DNA of 64,000 nt. Origin: a bacterium. Lineage in GTDB: Bacteria; Zhuqueibacterota; Zhuqueibacteria; Residuimicrobiales; Krinioviventaceae. The notes below the pieces were generated by a model. It was given only the letters and a program-made list of their open reading frames with translations. It was not told where the DNA came from and did not search any database. Shown one piece after another: positions 61,378 through 64,000 of the stretch (positions are counted from its first letter, which is position 1; the number at the start of each line of letters is the position of its first letter). Where the stretch lies: the NCBI GenBank assembly GCA_963674595.2, contig CAXXFV010000006.1, positions 224,001 to 288,000 on the forward strand. Reading direction: 5' to 3'. The position numbers and the translations under genes were made by a program.

Positions 61378-62688
61378 TTGAAAACAAAAAATATTAACAG
61401 AAGATCGTTTATTTCTAAAAGCCTGACAACTCTTGGTGCGTTTGCAGCGCCTACCATCATTCCTTCTTCTGTTTTAGGCAAAAATGGAACCATAGCGCCA
61501 TCCAATCGTGTTACGCTTGGATTTATTGGTATCGGCTGGATGGGCGGCTGGAATTTGGAAAATCTTTTAAAAGAAAAAGACGCCCATGTTGTGGCTGTAT
61601 CAGATGTTGATAAAAATTATTTAAATGATGCCCGTAACATGGTTAATTCTACATACGGCAATCATGATTGTTCTGTTTATAACGATTACCAGGAGATGAT
61701 TGCCCGGAAAGATATTGATGGTGTTTGTATCAGTTTACCGGACCATTGGCATGCTATTGCTGCTATCGATACATTAAAATCCGGTAAAGATGTTTGGGGT
61801 GAAAAACCTTTTTCACACAGCCTTTTAGAGGGAAGGGCCATGTGCAATGCCGTAAAAAAATATAACCGAATATGGCAAACCGGTAGCTGGCAAAGATCGG
61901 AAGCTCATTTTCGTTTTGCCTGTGAACTGGTTCGGAATGGCAGAATCGGTAAGGTACATACTGTTCAGGTTGGTTTACCCTATGGACATGATGATTATAC
62001 CCATATGCTGCATCGTTCTCAGCCTGAATTTCCTCCCGATTATCTTGATTATGACAGATGGCTTGGTCCGGCACCTTATAAGCCTTATTGCCCACCGAAA
62101 CTTCATAAAAACTGGAGGTGGTTTTATGATTATGGCGGCGGTATGTTGATGGATTGGATTGGTCATCATGGTGACATTGGTTTATGGGGTATGGATATGG
62201 AATATACGGGTCCCATAACTATTGAAGGACATGGTGAATTTCCCAAAACCGGATTGTTTGAAACCGCCACAAAATATTGGGTAGAAGAAATTTTTGAAAA
62301 CGGTTTAAAAATGGAAATTGCCGGCGGTTATCCTGAAATAAAAAGCGGTACAAAATTCATCGGAACGGATGGTTGGGTTTGGGTGGACCGCAGCGGTATG
62401 GAAACATATCCCGCTCATCTGGCTAAGGAAAAAATCGGCCCCGAAGAAATACATCTATATAAATCGCCCGGACACTGGAGAAATTTTGTAGATTGTATAA
62501 AGTCCAGAAAAACCAGTATAACCCCTTCCGAAGCAGCGCATCGGTCAGCCAGTCTTGGACATTTGGGTTTAATTTCTATGTTAACAGGTAGAAAAATTAA
62601 TTTTGATCCGGTCAGTGAAAAAATTATAAATGATGAAACTGCATCATCATTATTAGGCGCAACATGCCGTTCACCTTGGAACTATTAA
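61378..62688 (+). CDS. Tat-exported Gfo/Idh/MocA oxidoreductase (copy 3)
   Basis: TTG start with GAGGAGG; NRRSFI; PDHWH, EKP, GSWQRS, DWIGHH. Confidence 0.93.
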   Translation: MKTKNINRRSFISKSLTTLGAFAAPTIIPSSVLGKNGTIAPSNRVTLGFIGIGWMGGWNLENLLKEKDAHVVAVSDVDKNYLNDARNMVNSTYGNHDCSVYNDYQEMIARKDIDGVCISLPDHWHAIAAIDTLKSGKDVWGEKPFSHSLLEGRAMCNAVKKYNRIWQTGSWQRSEAHFRFACELVRNGRIGKVHTVQVGLPYGHDDYTHMLHRSQPEFPPDYLDYDRWLGPAPYKPYCPPKLHKNWRWFYDYGGGMLMDWIGHHGDIGLWGMDMEYTGPITIEGHGEFPKTGLFETATKYWVEEIFENGLKMEIAGGYPEIKSGTKFIGTDGWVWVDRSGMETYPAHLAKEKIGPEEIHLYKSPGHWRNFVDCIKSRKTSITPSEAAHRSASLGHLGLISMLTGRKINFDPVSEKIINDETASSLLGATCRSPWNY

Positions 62689-62709
62689 TTGGTAATTGAG
62701 GGTATCAAA

Positions 62710-64000
62710 ATGAAAAAGCATACATCCATAATATCAATTGTTTTCTTGATCTCTGTTTTGATTTTTAATCTACCGGTTGTCAAAGCCGGTGATGATAAAT
62801 TCAACAAAATGGACAGTCTTTTGTCTGTTTTTAAATGGTATGAATATGGCATGACATTGGAACCATATAACGCTATAAAGGACATTGATAAAAGTTGTCA
62901 AACCGGGATTGAAAAATCAAAAATAGAGATTAAATATTTAACCTTTGTAAAGTCCGAAGCAACAGTTGCTTCGAAACAAATGATTTTAAAAAGACTCAGT
63001 CTGGTCGGCGGGCCGCCTTCTGTTCCCGCATTAGCTGCTCTGTTGACTGACGTTAATTTAGCAAATGCTGCACGCTATGCGCTTGAACGTATTCCCGGAA
63101 CCCAGACAGATGATGCTTTGTTGATGGCTTTGGGTAAAGCACATGGTAATATGTTGATCGGGATCATTAACTCTTTAGGAAATCGCAAGGTTGAAAAGAC
63201 TGTTCCTGAGATAAAAAAATATCTTTCGGACAATGATAAAAATACATCTTTAGCGGCAATAGCGGCCCTGGGACAAATTGCCAATGACAAAGCAGCAAAA
63301 GAGCTTGAAAATGTCCTGGCAAAAACAGATGGAGATGTTTTAAATGCTGTTCTGGATGCTTATTTAAACTGCGCTACTGTTTGTTTAAAAAACGGTGATA
63401 TTAAAAAAGCAGATAAAATATATGATAAAATAGAACAACAGGATAGACCCATTCCAATTCGGATTGCTGTTTTGAACGCAAAATTTTTAGCACACCCTGA
63501 GCAGGCGGAACAATTACTTTATAATGTTATCAAAAATGAGAATGCAGACCTAAAAACAGCCGCCATTGCTTTGCTTCCGGAATGTGCTAAATTAAATAAT
63601 ATTCAAAAATTTGCTGATCTGCTTGCGGCATTGACGCCTTTACAAAAAGTTCAATTGTTAACCAGTTTTGAAATAATCGGTGACAAATCCGTTCTTAATA
63701 CGGTCCTTGAGGCTGTAAATGATCCTGATCAAGAAGTAAGAATTGCCGCCTGTAAAACTCTTGCGGTTATAGGTGACAAATCAACTGTTAATATACTGGT
63801 TGAAAGAGCCGCATCAACAACAGATAATGAACAGGAAGTGGCACGCCAAAGTTTATATCTGTTAAATGCTGACGGTGTTGATGAAACAATTGTGTCATCA
63901 CTTGATACTGAGGATGATAAAATTAAAGTCGAGTTATTAAAAAGTATTGGTGAACGAAACATTGTATCGGCCGCAGATATGTTGTTTAAACTGGCAACAG
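62710..64000 (+). CDS. Secreted HEAT-repeat (PBS-lyase-like) protein, 3' end runs off the window
   Basis: Not in the ORF track; ATG 62710 after GAGGG; signal peptide MKKHTSIISIVFLISVLIFNLPVVKA; HEAT units (SVPALAALL...ARYALERIPG, IGIINSLG, EVRIAACKTL). Confidence 0.85.
   Translation, partial: MKKHTSIISIVFLISVLIFNLPVVKAGDDKFNKMDSLLSVFKWYEYGMTLEPYNAIKDIDKSCQTGIEKSKIEIKYLTFVKSEATVASKQMILKRLSLVGGPPSVPALAALLTDVNLANAARYALERIPGTQTDDALLMALGKAHGNMLIGIINSLGNRKVEKTVPEIKKYLSDNDKNTSLAAIAALGQIANDKAAKELENVLAKTDGDVLNAVLDAYLNCATVCLKNGDIKKADKIYDKIEQQDRPIPIRIAVLNAKFLAHPEQAEQLLYNVIKNENADLKTAAIALLPECAKLNNIQKFADLLAALTPLQKVQLLTSFEIIGDKSVLNTVLEAVNDPDQEVRIAACKTLAVIGDKSTVNILVERAASTTDNEQEVARQSLYLLNADGVDETIVSSLDTEDDKIKVELLKSIGERNIVSAADMLFKLAT

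Noticed and set aside
992-63962. Numerous other short (60-165-aa) ORFs nested in or antisense to long genes
   Set aside because: Shadow ORFs with no motifs or translation signals

Overview
AT-rich bacterial chromosomal segment, probably from an FCB-related lineage such as KSB1 or Calditrichota. This is inferred from a secreted GWxTD/TPR protein, a 'QNHPNPFNSST' C-terminal sorting domain and many Tat-exported sulfatases and oxidoreductases. 1-15.6 kb is a minus-strand run of secreted and accessory genes, including GH92 (frameshifted) and GH97. It is followed by araD-araA, two Tat sulfatases and a GT-C glycosyltransferase. At 23.3-26.45 kb, GTAG-type REP palindromes bracket very AT-rich cargo that includes a PD-(D/E)xK nuclease and a 2-TM coiled-coil gene. 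Next come a beta-helix/nitrilase/sulfatase block and an AKR-yqhD-AraC module. A complete lysine riboswitch with attenuator controls an M20(dapE-like)-lysC-dapB-dapA-dapD operon. The best candidate for an undescribed system is the operon at 42.5-48.8 kb: CPBP protease, GNAT, a PurD paralogue with rewired substrate motifs, an ATE/Bpt-like tRNA-dependent aminoacyl transferase, an SSS symporter and small partner proteins. The window ends with a sugar catabolic locus (UROD-like, GH38, galM, Zn-ADH, and an ABC transporter carrying five homopolymer +1 frameshifts), a GT2, three tandem Tat-exported Gfo/Idh/MocA oxidoreductases and a truncated HEAT-repeat gene. No rRNA, tRNA, CRISPR array or intact transposase was seen. 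All calls are by eye, without database searches.
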